A stretch of 62,938 bases of DNA, filler included, from Intoshia linei (lineage: Eukaryota > Animalia > Orthonectida), in NCBI GenBank assembly GCA_001642005.1. It is 5 parts of 5 records of this genome, joined end to end, with 100 filler letters (N's around TTAATTAATTAA, not from the genome) between each part and the next. Parts side by side here need not be neighbours in the genome. Positions count along the whole stretch, not along the records: positions 1 to 26,959 come from LWCA01000461.1; positions 27,060 to 46,992 come from LWCA01000706.1; 3 more parts are not named here. One strand, 5' to 3'. The notes below the pieces were generated by a model. That model saw nothing but the letters and a program-made list of their open reading frames with translations, was not told where the DNA came from and did no database searches. Positions 26,404-39,597 of this stretch are shown here, one piece after another. The number at the start of each line of letters is the position of its first letter. Within the stretch, counting starts at the first letter, position 1. A program made the position numbers and the translations under genes.

Positions 26404-26959
26404 ATGTACATTAGGGTGTTTCACAAATTGGAATCTTTATTTGAGGTAGGAAAATTTAGTCTAGTATTAGTATTACAAAAATCATGTTGACATTAAAATT
26501 TGGAAAAATTGTGCCGATGAGTTGCGCATCACGTTTAAAGTTTTTAAATTAATATTAATATGAACTTGATTATTTTAGTTTATTATATACTTTTTAATAA
26601 ATTTGATAATAAAATGTTTGGTTTAGCTGTTTTTGGGTTTTCCCTCTTTCAAAATCACACAATATCAATTGGCATTTACATTAAGTGATATAATAAAGAA
26701 TTAAAAAGGATAATTCATTTTCTGCAGGAGTTATGCATTGATTTTTTCTCTCCTTGGTGTATTTCCTTAATCCGCAATATTTATAACTTATCTCTAAAAT
26801 GTACGCATTAAGGATTACATTAATTGACATTGATAATTTTTGTATTATTTAAATCACTCTTTAGGTGTGATTTTGTTATGTCGGTAGGAAAGCTATGCTT
26901 AAGTTATTTCCTTTCACTTATTAACATGGATGGTTTTATTTATCAACGTATTCGTATGT

Positions 26960-27059
26960 NNNNNNNNNNNNNNNNNNNNNNNNNNNNNNNNNNNNNNNNN
27001 NNNTTAATTAATTAANNNNNNNNNNNNNNNNNNNNNNNNNNNNNNNNNNNNNNNNNNNN
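26960..27059. other. Assembly gap spacer
   Basis: N44-TTAATTAATTAA-N44; the linker has stops in all six frames. Confidence 0.97.
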
Positions 27060-27753
27060 AAATGTAGAAATTGCCTTTCGAATATTTTTAACATTAATGG
27101 TTACAAATTGCTCAGCTGAGCGTTCATTTTCCCAGTTGAAGAATATTAAAAATACCAACAGAACAACTATGCAACAAGGCAGGCTGGATGACTTATCTCT
27201 ACTAAGTATAGAAGCAGATATGTTACGCAAGATTAGTTTTGAGGATCTTATCAAAGACTTTGCAATTATAAAATGTAGGAGAAAATTTTTAAAATATAAA
27301 TGAAGTGAAAGTATATATATTTACATAAAAATTATAGTTTATCTTACTGTAAGTTTTGTTTCATTTTGAAAAATAAAATTTTATAGTATACTTTTTTTTT
27401 ATATTTTGAATTACTTACTTATTACTTAACATATTTACATTATTTCTTACTTAACTTTTATTACTTATTAATTAATTACTTAAATATAGATTTAGACTTT
27501 AATTTAAATACAGTATTCTATTTCTAATTAGTCAAAAATTTTATTTACAAGAATGAAACAAATTAAATTCATATCAAATACAAGTAATCTTTCAAGCATA
27601 CTTTATAGAAGTGGTTTTCAAATTTTATGTATTCGCGACCCCTTATGAACATTTCTTTATATTTCGGTATTTATTTTAACTTTATTTAAAAATGTTACGT
27701 TACCAAGGAATCATTCCAGAACACTTTGTAAGAAAAGTCACGCTACGCCACTG
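27060..27753 (+). mobile_element. 3' part of a hAT transposon (ZMYM1-like hATC dimerisation domain), transposase cut by the gap
   Basis: VEIAFRIFLTLMVTNCSAERSFSQLKNIKNTNRTTMQQGRLDDLSLLSIE...DFA, stop at 27303. Possible TIR gctacgccactg ending at 27753. Confidence 0.85.
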
Positions 27754-27769
27754 ATTGTTAGCAAAATAA

Positions 27770-27992
27770 AATTAAGAGGGAATAATTCACTTTAAATTAA
27801 AAGTTAATGTGAAATGACGAGTCATGGTGAAACAAGTTTAGTAACCTCTCCCTCAAAGGAATGATAATAGTGAATGTAGCATTTTTAAGAAAGATTTTAT
27901 TATTTAATTTATTTTTTTGGTAGAATTAAAAACGTCCGCCCTCTGCAGAGCTAGGATGCTGTTAGTACGAAGTACATAACAGTCAAATCAGT
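27770..27992 (-). mobile_element. Repeat family A 5' end
   Basis: cgtccgccctctgcagagctaggatgctgttagtacgaagtacataacagtcaa. Confidence 0.75.
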
Positions 27993-28132
27993 CTTAAACA
28001 AAAATAACGGCACAAACTACAAAAAATGCCATTTACTATTACCATATTGTACTAAAATACATGTATTCATTTTCGGACTTTATAATGAATTTAAATTTAC
28101 ATGCTACCTACATGTAATTAAAAAATAAATAC

Positions 28133-31061
28133 TCTATTCATTGCTTCAAAATCTTCTGCAAAATACATTTCTCCACTCGTAATAATATTGTCAAGATAAA
28201 TTTTGTATTCCTCTAATCGCTGTTGTAGTTTGTAATTTTTAAACTATAAAGTTTGATGTAAAAATATAAATATAACTGAAAAAAAATATATTCAGACAAA
28301 GTCCATATAAAAATTTACATCCTTCATAATAACTGTGGAATTTAGTTTCAAATCATCATAAATCATTTCAACATTAGTAGCAAGTTGTTGATACTCTTCA
28401 TCAACGATATAGCTAATTTCAGAAGAAAATTCATTTTTACCAAAACCCACCAATCTCATAACCCACTTTGGATCATTACATATTGTTGTCAATTGATTGG
28501 AAATTTTATAATAAATATTTTTGGTATTTTTTTTAATATTCTTTGATCTAAATTAAAATAAAAATTAAATTTAAAAAAAAAATTACATATTTTCATCAAT
28601 AACTAAATTGGACATGTCAACTTTAACAACAAGTTTAAAAATTAAAATGACATTAATAATATGAATTTCAATTTTTTTAAAATCGTTAAGTTGTTTAAAA
28701 CAAAAAGGTAAAACTGTGTAAGGAAAATTATCTTTAAAATTTTCATTGGTGGAGTCGAATATATTTGAAAAGGATATTGAATCACAATCATTTGAATTAA
28801 AAAACAATTTAGCATCAAAATGGTCCGGTAACCTAACAATTTGAACGTGTTTTTTGTCGTAACAAATAACTAGACCGAGCCGTATAAATTTTTTATCCAA
28901 AAAACCAACAAGTCGACCAGCATTCAAATAAGATTTTAAATTCATATTAACACTCCGCATTCTGTCAACCGTTTTAGAAATTTTACAACATGACCAATAA
29001 TATTTTGACAAGACTTGAACATTATCAAATTTCAAAATTTTTTCATGAGCCTTGATTTCACTTTCAACCTTTTTAATGACATGTTCGGCTTTATAAGTTC
29101 GATTGATTCTTTCTTTTTGGGAAAAACTTCTACTGTAAATATCTTGAACTTTCATTTCAGATCGAACCGAGACATTTAAAATCATTGTGTATGTCATACG
29201 AAACTGAGATTTCAAATCTTTACTTTTATTTTGGAAAACTGGGTTCATTAGACTGCAAACCTTTTCATCGTGGTGCGATTTAAAAAGAATTATACAATTT
29301 CCACTGAGATCAATTCCTCGTCGACCGGCACGCCCCGCCATTTGAATATATTCACCCACATCGAGTTGACGTTTACTGACTCCGTCAAATTTGTGAACGC
29401 TATCAAATACAACTGTTTTGGCAGGCATATTTACACCCATTGCAAATGTTTCAGTAGCCAATAAAATTTTCACTAAGCCATCATAAAATAACATTTCAAC
29501 AATTTCTTTTAAATTGGGTAATATTCCACCGTGGTGTATTCCTATTCCTTTTTCCAAAATTAAACGTAATTTTATAATTTGAGGCAAATTTCGGTCTTCT
29601 TCAGGTATAGTCAATATTGATTTATCAAAAAATTTCAATATACGAATTTTTTCGATATTTGTGGTTAAATCAATTTTCAAAAATTCTGTAGACATAAATT
29701 CCAATTTTTTACGAGAAAATGCAAAAATTATAGTTGGGAGCCAGTCTTTAAACTTTAAAATATTTAATAATCTGGAATAGGTGTCTTTTTCCATCAACAT
29801 TGTTTGATGTGGGTTTAATTTTTTTAAATTAAAATCTCTAATATATCTAATAATTTCCTTTTGAGTCGAGTAAATTTTATTCTCTCTGTCCACAATTAAG
29901 GGTAATAATGGATCCTTTTTATTGCAGCAGAAAACGTAGTGATTTAATGGTACAGGTCTTTTATCTGTTGATATTACAAAAACTTTTTTTCGTTTAGTTT
30001 CCCCTACCCATTGAGCAAATTGCATAGCATTTGAAGCAGTAGCACTTAACATTACTATTCCGATATGAGCCGGTAACATTATCAAAACTTCTTCCCATAC
30101 AAACCCTCGATCAATATTGTTTAAATAGTGCACTTCGTCAAATATGACCCATTCCAAATCTCTAGTCATACTTGACGCTTTGTATAGCATGGACTGCAAA
30201 ATCTCTGTAGTCATAATTAAACATGAAGCGTCTGAATTGATTTTAAAATCTCCTGTAATAAGTCCTACTTCAGAGAATTTAAGTCTCAAATCTCGATATT
30301 TTTGGTTTGAAAGTGCTTTTATCGGAGACGTATAAATGACTCTAGCATTTTTCTTTAAACTTTGAGCAATAGCATATTCCGCTACAACAGTTTTACCAGC
30401 AGATGTGTGCGCTGAAACAAAAACATGCTGATGTTTTTGTAGACATTGAATAGCCAGCTTTTGAAAATCGTCCAATTCAAAAGGATAACTGATTAACATA
30501 TCCTTCTTATTAAAATCAACTAAATCATTTTTCGTTATTTCTATAGCCCATTGCTCTTCAGTTATTTTTACTTTATCTTGGGTCATGTAATCATCTGGTG
30601 ACTTTTCATTCAAATTACAATCAAATATACAATCTTGCAATTTTATATTCATGTTTATTTTTTCGGATAAACCATTCAAACATTTTAGTACGTCACAATC
30701 TTCAATTTCTTTTTCAATCAATTCGACATTATCGTCTTCTATTTTATTAAAATCTGGCATTATTTTTAATAGTTCTAAAAATTTTTATAATAAAAATTTA
30801 TCAATTTACATTAAAAAATTAGTGTTAATTAAATTTGTTCAATTGTAATTTACCGGTTAAGTCAAAATCGAAAGCTCCTTTACTAGATTTAGATACTGTG
30901 GTAAATTCACTATCGAATGTCATGTTGTTCTTTCGAGTGTCGTGTACTACGTTTGTTTCGGATATTGTCACTTCTTTTCCATTCCAATCATATTTTAGTC
31001 TAGTGTTTTGAATTTCGGTGGGATATATGTTAATTTCAGGGAATTTCATATAATTTTCCAT
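28133..31061 (-). CDS. SKIV2L: Ski2-family DExH RNA helicase; C-terminal helical domain not in view
   Basis: Exons 30854-31061, 28587-30774, about 28319-28547 and 28133-28243. Motifs YPFELDDFQ, AHTSAGKT, DEVH, SAT, HHGGILP and QMAGRAGRRG. AHTSAGKT with EVLIMLP and RRGID favours Ski2 over Mtr4. The last visible exon ends at a GT donor. Confidence 0.88.
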
Positions 31062-31639
31062 TTTTGTTGTTATAAGTTTAGTAAGTAAATTATTTTTAAA
31101 ATAAAGTTTTGTAAAGTTTTGATTTGTAACAATTAATTACTAATTAGTAAATACATCAGGACAAATACAGTTGAATCAGTAATTTTTTTAAATTCCATAA
31201 TAGATTTGTATCCATAATAGGGATTTCTTATTGATGATAATTATAAAGTATCCTTAGTTAAATAAAGTCAATGTGGCTAAAAATGTGTGTATGTGTGTAA
31301 TGAGAAAACATAGTCCCATAAATTTCAATAACAAAAATTCAAATTCAGTTTTTTTGCAACACCAAAACTTGCACATTTACGGTTAAAACCTCAAATTACT
31401 CATTTTGAAAAATGAAAAAAGTAGTTAGTCCTAAAATATAAAAAATAAATATATTAAAATATTATACTACAGTGTGTATAATACAGTTATTTCTAAATAT
31501 ACAAAAAATTAAAATCTCAGAAAGGTATGCTTTCACTAGAGGTGGGACATATTTTTAAAAATTAAGTGAGGATCGGAAAAAGTTTAGTAATTAATCAAAA
31601 ATGACAATACAAAAAAATATTTAAGTCTAGTTTTAAAAA

Positions 31640-32190
31640 TTCCATATTTCTATTACAGTTTTTTGAGAATGATATTTATCGCAAATTTCATTTTTCGAAA
31701 TTAAGAAAAGATTAAGGTCAAAAACCCCAATTGTATTTTTTTTAAAATTCAAACGATTTATAGAATTATAAAAAATACATTATCTGATCTATATTTTAAG
31801 ATCATCAAAATAATGATAATTTTTATTTTTAAAATCTATCTTCACGGCCAAAACGATAAATTACCCTGTGTTTTAAAAATGAAACTTGTCCTAATATTGT
31901 ATAAAATATAAATTATTAATAATTTTTAAAATCATTAGCATTATCATAAATGGCAACCTCAAAAAAGTGTATCTTCATGATCAAAATCACATATTATTTT
32001 TTTTTAAATAAAAATTACAGCTGATAGTTATATCAAGTGAACATTCATCTGAAAATTTCAATCTGACGAAGTGACGCCTTTACGGTCAAATAATCACTTT
32101 AATATTCATTGATTTTATTTCGAAACTATTTTATTCAAGTATTATTACAAAACAAAAACAAATAAGTGGAAATAATGACGGTCCTACAAT
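31640..32190 (-). mobile_element. Diverged family A copy between divergent SKIV2L and PGAM5
   Basis: aggtcaaaaaccccaattg, cttcacggccaaaac and aagtgacgcctttacggtcaaa match 22330-22690. Confidence 0.65.
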
Positions 32191-32280
32191 TAAAAAATAG
32201 ATTAAAGTATTTAAAATATTTGAATAAAATAAATAATTAATATTTTTAATAGAATCAATATAATTTGACTATAGTTTCAA

Positions 32281-34629
32281 ATGTTGAAATATGCTGTTTT
32301 ACCTGCATCCTGTAGCATTTTTTTAAAGCATCTAAATATACATGCCGATGATACTGAAAGTATTAAAAATGCATGGAATGAAAACTGGGATAGGTAAACA
32401 AATATTGTTTAATCTGTTAAATTTAATATTGGAAGGAAAAAAAATGAAACAAGTGATATACCTAGATATCGGCATATTTACTTGGTGAGACATGGGCAAT
32501 ATGAATATTCAAAATATCCGTATAAACTTACATCATTAGGTTATATTTTTTCTTGTTTATTTATGCATACATTCAATACAGTCTAACCTCAATTTAATCA
32601 ACGGCAACGTTCCAGAAAATAAATATTTTTTAGTTTGCAAATTTACAAATACAATTTAGTTTTTAATTTATTTAAATGTTAATGTTAATACTATATATTT
32701 TACTTATTTATAATCAAATAATCTCAAAATTGTTATCAAAAAATGTTATAGTTTATCGATACATTCAAGTGTATTCAACTCTATTTAGTTAATAGTATTT
32801 GATAAATGGATGGATTGAGTTGTCCTTATTTTCTTCCGCGGGTTTAAAATAATCCAGTGATCGTAAAACGTTTTTTCAGTGTTCCCTTTCAAAATTAAAA
32901 ACTTTTCGCGTCAATCTTTCAAAAAAAAGTTTTAAGAAAACTTATATATTATTGTTGTTTAGAAATGCAGAATTCTATGTGACAAATTTTAATTAACGTA
33001 CAAATGTATGTAAAAAATCTAAATTTTAAATATTATATAGAAATTTGATTGAAAAATTAAATCTTAAATTTATACCATCTAATTTTGCTCACTTACATAA
33101 AGTGATTATTTACAGTTTCTAAAAATGTGTCTGTCTCTGTAGATCCGAACCTAAAAAGCTTGAGGTTATCGAAAATGAAAAATAAGTCCTCAAAAAAAAT
33201 CGGATCAACGAAGAGGGTTTCGTATAGGGTAGTTTCGGCACTGTATCACACTGTGTAGCAGTATATTGAAAAAAGTGACAATTTCATAAATTTTTAGCAA
33301 TTAAATTTACTAGCCAAAATAGCATGTCATCACTTTAAATTATTTCTTGCGTATCGAAAAAATAAAAAATAATAGATAAGTGGGCGTGTTGATATTCTAA
33401 TGTCTAAGATTGAAATCTTATTTTGTACTTACATTGTCATTTAAATCTCACATAAGATATTTTGGTGTATAAAGAATTATAGATTAAATTTGAGAAAAAT
33501 TTTCAAGTGGCTAGGAAAAGAAATTAAATTGGAACCGCTACCTTGTGCGAATAATTATTTAATCTTTTTAAATAATTTTACATTACTCTTATATTTAGGT
33601 AAAAAACAAGCAAATTTGGTTGGAAAACGGTTAAGCCAATATGTGGACAAATTTGACAAAGTGTATCATTCCACGATGGTACGTGCAAAAGAGACATGTG
33701 GAATAATTGAAAAAGAGATATTACAAAAAAATGAAGCTGTTGCATGTAATTTATTGGAAGAAGGTTATCCAGTACCGCCAGAACCTCCAATATTTCCAGA
33801 CGAAAGTGACAGAGTAATAATCCTTTAAATCTGTCATTTTGATTTACATTTTATGTGATGTCAAGGGCTATTCCATTTTTCTAATATAAAAATGACTTAC
33901 ATAGAAAATGTGCGCCGCTTAATTTGCTGCAAAATGATGTTAATATATTTAATTTTTATCCAAAAAACCGCGTCTTATACGTGGAAATTGATTTCATTAA
34001 ATTTTAATTTTAGGAATTATACCTTAATTAACGAATGATTTTAAAGGTCGGCACCTACCAGCAATCACTGTTAAATTGAGAAATTAAAACATTGATTCAC
34101 TAAATTTGTTTCTATTGGAAATGGAAAATACTGGATAAATATTTTTAATTTCTGTCATCTATATTTCGAGGCAGCACTATTTTTATTATATTTGTAATTT
34201 GGGTCATTTGATTGAGTAGTTACCAAATGAGATCGTTTTAGAAAAAAAGACACATTTCAGAGCGTCTACTTTGGTGATTTTTAAAATCTAATCAAAAAAT
34301 GAATTTTAGCACTATTATGTAAATGGACAGAGAATTGAAACAGCATTCCGAAATTATTTTTCACGTCCTGCAGAAGGAAGACGAGTGTCTAACGAGCTTA
34401 TTGTGTGCCATGCTAACGTGATACGTTATTTTATATGTAGGTAAATGTTTGTTTTGAGAAATTCTCATTTGCATTTAGACTATTGCAAGTTAATCCTAAT
34501 GCATGGCTACGAATGTGCCTTTCCAATTGCAGTATAACTCGGGTGACGATATGTGCAAATGGACGCATTATTATTAGACATATCGGTGAGGATTCTTTCT
34601 TTAATAAACAAAATATCTCTTTGAATTGA
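32281..34629 (+). CDS. PGAM5: Mitochondrial Ser/Thr phosphatase PGAM5, 5 exons
   Basis: Exons 32281-32393, 32436-32539, 33599-33813, 34310-34440 and 34479-34629. Motifs [51 protein letters not shown] and [13 protein letters not shown]. Confidence 0.95.
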
Positions 34630-34842
34630 TTGATTTGAATAAATTTTTTTTGTAAATTATTCAAAAATAGTTGGTTAAATTTTAAATAAAAAGTCAAACT
34701 CAAAAATTATCTGCCCAATTCTAATACAATGGCACAATCGATAGTAAAGCATCCACTTTCTAATTTTTCAAGAAATTTTGTATGACTAAGATATCGTTTA
34801 CAATGTAAACTTTACATTATAAAGTATAATGTAACAGTTACT

Positions 34843-35256
34843 CAGGGTTGCCAACATTAATTATTCTTAACCCTGAGTTTTGAGCCAAGCATGGCTGAAG
34901 CGTAGCGAAGCGTGAAAAATTATTGTGGGTCTTCTTTTACTTTGGGGTCTCTTTTTCAAAAAATAATAACAGTTTACACACAATTTTTATTGCAAATTTC
35001 AAAATGTCTTCATGATGAATACTTTAGAGAAAAAAAATGACACAACACAATTGACAAGATTAAAATCGATTATTTTCGACAATTATATTTTTGTTATTAA
35101 AGAAAAAAATTATAGAATATAAATAAAATATGTCTGATCTGATGATTTTGATTAACATAATTAACTTACTCTGATAAATATCACTTAAGCCTGAGCCCTG
35201 AGTTAAATTAGAAAACCCGAATTCTCAGGGGGAAAATAACGCAGTTGGCAACCCTG
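34843..35256. mobile_element. hAT MITE
   Basis: cagggttgccaac ... gttggcaaccctg; 8-bp flanks cagttact/tagttact. Confidence 0.8.
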
Positions 35257-35628
35257 TAGTTACTGTTATACTGTAAATTACAGTCATTTTATTCGTTGAG
35301 TTTATAAATGGCTAATCACAACCATCAATTATAAATTAGATATGTCAATTAAAATTTAGTTTACATTCAGTTAGTCTAAATAAAATAGCCTTACATTGTA
35401 ACAGTACAATAGTAATTGATTACAGAATCAGACCAATCGTTGTGCAGATGATTAAAACCAATTGTCGTTCACATTTATTATGAATAGCAATGACAACTCC
35501 TTAACATTTAAATGCAATGAATGTAAATTGAAATAATAATGCGGTTTCTATAACATTTCATAATTTTTGGCAACAGTGTTCTCGACAATCAAAGTCTAGC
35601 AAAAATTATATAAAATCAACATACATTC

Positions 35629-38600
35629 ATGTCGCAATCACCTGAAAAGGTAAATACGAGAATCAAAATTTGTATCTAATAACTGCTATTTACTAAGATT
35701 AATTTTAATGATTTAGTGTCAAAATGATAAAAGTGCGTCTCGTTCGCCTTCGGTAAAACACAATCGAAATGGTGGATCAATTGAAAAAGCTAATGGCCGA
35801 TCAAAGTAATTTATTTTTTATATTTATTATTTTATCAATAACAATTGATTAGTCGTTCATGGTCATCTAGAAGTAAATCAGCTTCACGGGATCGGTCACA
35901 TAGATCAATTAGGAAATATAGCCGTTCCAGTAGATCATATAGTCGATCTCATAGTGATAGGTATTGTTTGATTTAATTATGTTTTAAGAGATTTAGTAGT
36001 AATAATTTATATTTAATTTTATATTTTTGATAATTACATACATGTATTCCTGGTTGGCGCAATTTTTCTTGTCTTTCTGATTGTGTTTTTCTGTGTATCG
36101 CAATATTACGGTTCTGGCCGTTTTCATATCGATATAAGTAAACATTGTTGTATTATGAATGCGAACGCCTCAAAGGCGACGAATCAGATTTAGCAGCATT
36201 GATTTGTATTCACAATGCATTTTACAGTTGCCTTATTAATTGAATTTTTTGGAGATAATCAAGACTAAGTACTATAAAAAATCAGACGTACTAAACTTGG
36301 TGTACCTATTTGTAAACGTATATATTATTTGTGTTGAACGAGGATAGTAGATTAAGGGATGAATTTAGAATTTTATTAATTTGCAATATTTAAAAAAGTG
36401 TTAACTAAAAATTTTATGAACCCATTTTGTTTATTAATTCTTATTGAAAATTCGCTTTATAATGCGACTAACATTAATTCTTTTTGTTTCGGATAACGTA
36501 GGATTGCGATCAATTTTTTTTAAATATTCATTATATTTTAGAAAAAGACACAAAACTGAGAATAAGACGTTATTATTTAAGAAAATTATTAGAATAATTC
36601 TAAGAAAATCAAAATTAGAACATATATCAAAATATCTTTGAAAATGTGAATATATGAATTTGAAAATTGATATATTTTCATTCGGCAAGGTATTGAATCA
36701 TGAATTCACTTCAATCTTGTCCAGGTTAATGGTTGTTGTAAATGGCAAATAACGTTGAAGTTATAAATAGTGTTTCTTTAAATAACGACGAGTCAAACCT
36801 TATTTTGGTACAGTCTAAGTCCTTATTAACGGAATTTTTGTAAGCAGATTCCATTTTAACGCAATTTTAAATTATTCTGAACGAATTTGTATGAACCAAA
36901 AATTCCGTTAATAAAAATTTTATTATTAAACCTCTGGAATCTATTTTTAATAACTCAAATATATACTAATTTTTTCACTAATTAGAAGTCAATCTATTTA
37001 GTTTTTATCATATATTTAATAGATATTAAATTAGATGGCGTTGATTAGAAATTATTATCATTATTGCGGAAATATTATTTTTAACTCTATTTTATTTATG
37101 TAAATAATTTAAAATTTTTCATGAATCTTACAAAACTTGTGTGAATCCAGGGTACACATCGATCCGTTAGTAATGTTTTGTGTATATTACTTTGTATTAC
37201 AAAACTTATAATAATAACGGTTTTTATTAAAAAAAACTCCGTTAATAAGGACTTGTATTTCCAATTTTTTCAAATTAATTGACGTGGAAGATATCGAAAA
37301 AGAAGGTGATCTATAGAAATTATATTACCGATATTTAATTGAATCCTAACAATTCAATTAACTCGAAAATTTTGTACTTGAAAATTAATCAGTACTCACA
37401 AAACGAATAAAAATTATTCAAAACAACTAAACTTTTTTGTCTATATATACAGTGTGTACCATTTAAAACAGTGCACTTGAAAATAAGAAGTTTATCAAAA
37501 AAGATTTTCACTGTATTTTTAGTAATATAATAGTAACAATTAAATTTGCTCATTTATAAAATTATTTGGATATTTAACTGAAGTATTAAAGAAGTTAGAA
37601 ACTTTTTAAATTATTTAATTTACAATCAATGTTCAAAATGACCACCATCAGATTGGATACATAAATCAATGGGTTTAAGGAAATTGTTGTAAAAATTAGA
37701 TAATTCTTGAGTGCTAATTGAGTTAATACTGTTGATATTGGTTTTTAGGGATTCTATATTTGAAGTGGAATTTTATAAATTTTACATTTTATTGTTCCCC
37801 ACAAATAAAAATTACTTGGCGTTAGATCAGGAGACGTTGGTGAATATTTTGAACTTGATTAATTATTAATTTAATAGCTCGACAAGAAATATTCTTTCAC
37901 TCGTAGTTAAAATTTCAAAAAATTAATATGAACTTGTTTTTATACAGTTGATTTGTTCTTTATTTCGTAAGTGCACTCATAATATAAAATGTTTTAACAA
38001 GTGCACTGTTCTAAATGGTACACCCTGTAGTAGTCGCATTAAAAGTAGATATGAGAGATTTTTGAAATTGTATCTCATTCTGAAGACAAAAATCGAGAAT
38101 GGCTCATTTTAAAATTAAATAAAATCAGTTGTTAATTGGTACTACAAATATTGTTGTAGTTTGTTTTGGGAATGGGATACGTTAATCATTTAAAAGTTTC
38201 TGTCAATAATATTAATTATATTTTTAGCAAATCAAGGAGTACATCACGCAATACCAGACATAGATCCCCAAAACGAAGGAGAGGTAGCAAAGGCAGTAAG
38301 TCCAGAAGTCGATCTCCTCGGAATTTCAGACACCGAGATGGAAGACACGTTTAACTATTTTTAAAAATGAAATGAATTAATATGTAGGACCAACCTCAGG
38401 AAAATAAATGTATTGGGGTTTTCGGATTAAGCATACACACTACAGAGCGCGATTTGAGGCAAATTTTTCAAAATTATGGAAAAATTGATACAATCCAAGT
38501 GGTGTACGATCATCAAATGGGACGATCCAGAGGATTTGCGTTTGTGTACTTTTGTCATATGCGTGACGCTATGGATGTATTAGGTACTTTAATATGAATA

Positions 38601-39072
38601 ATATAAATTTAGGCCAAAGAAAACGGTGCAGGAATGGAAATAGATGGTCGACCAGTTAGAATAGACTATTCTATAACCAGAAAGGCACACTCACCAACTC
38701 CTGGAGTATACTTAGGAAAAACATACAAGTATATTTTAATTTGATCGCAAATTAAACCATTCGTTTAATCTTTAAATGTATAATTATTTATTTAGACGAT
38801 CTCCACGTAGACGTAGATACGATTCGCCACCCAGACGCTACAACAATCGAGACAGTTACAACGGCAGAGACAATTACAATGGTAGAGATAATCATAACGG
38901 CAGAGACAATTATAGTAGTCGTGATCGATACAATAGATATTCTCCCCGTAGACGATACGAATCACCAAGACGTCGTTATGATTCTCCACCAAGGCGATAT
39001 AGATCCAGATCTGTTTCTTATTCACCACGTACTTTTACCTTTTGAAAATTTAAATTACTTTTAGGTCGTTGA
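35629..39072 (+). CDS. TRA2: Transformer-2 (RS-RRM-RS splicing regulator), 8 exons
   Basis: Exons 35629-35649, 35717-35805, 35853-35960, 38228-38348, 38388-38576, 38613-38728, 38796-39028 and 39065-39072. RRM CIGVFGLSIHTTERDL...SRGFAFVYF, TRA2 linker IDYSITRKAHSPTPGVYLG, C-terminus SYSPRR*. Confidence 0.95.
36810..37257. mobile_element. pogo/Tigger-like MITE in TRA2 intron 3
   Basis: aagtccttattaacggaattttt is inverted at aaaaaactccgttaataaggactt. Confidence 0.6.
37450..38027 (-). mobile_element. Internally deleted Tc1/mariner element with intact TIRs
   Basis: TA|cagtgtgtaccatttaaaacagtgcacttg ... caagtgcactgttctaaatggtacaccctg|TA. The minus strand retains SPDLTPSNFYLWG and CIQSDGGHFEH. Confidence 0.85.
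38845..38935 (+). repeat. Coding 18-nt tandem repeat (RDNYNG)n in the TRA2 C-terminal RS region
   Basis: Translates as NRDSYNGRDNYNGRDNHNGRDNYSSRDRY. Confidence 0.85.
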
Positions 39073-39597
39073 AAAACAAAACGCATTTTTATATATATGT
39101 AATAATTATATATTGTAGCTTATTTTTAAATAAAATAGTTACATGTTTTGATATTATTTGAAATGTAAACAAAAATATTGCGTTGTTTTTATTTTTTATG
39201 TTAAAAATTGTAAAATAAATTGCAAAACAATTTTACAAATTTTAAGCCATTTACAATCGTCAAATTTAAATTTGAAAATTATCATATTCTAAACGAAAAT
39301 TGAGCTGTGGATGAATAATTACACACTGCTTAATGAGCATTGTATTAATATCAATCAAAATGTGTTAATCCTTTAAAATCCATAGTGTTTGTGAAATAAC
39401 CTTGAACAGACTTCTAGAAAATCGATAACGCTAATGTTTCAGCCGTATCTCCAAGGAATGAAATTAAATGATAATAGTTTCGTACTTATCGAGAACATTG
39501 AATTGATCATTGTTTCATTAAAATAAATTTTTCATGGTGCATTTTGATTTTTTATTAGTTTCAATGGTTATGTAATTTGAAAAATAATAAATAAATA

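Noticed and set aside
27004-27015. Recurrent palindrome TTAATTAATTAA at four sites
   Set aside because: It is always centred in N runs; it is an artificial six-frame-stop scaffolding linker.
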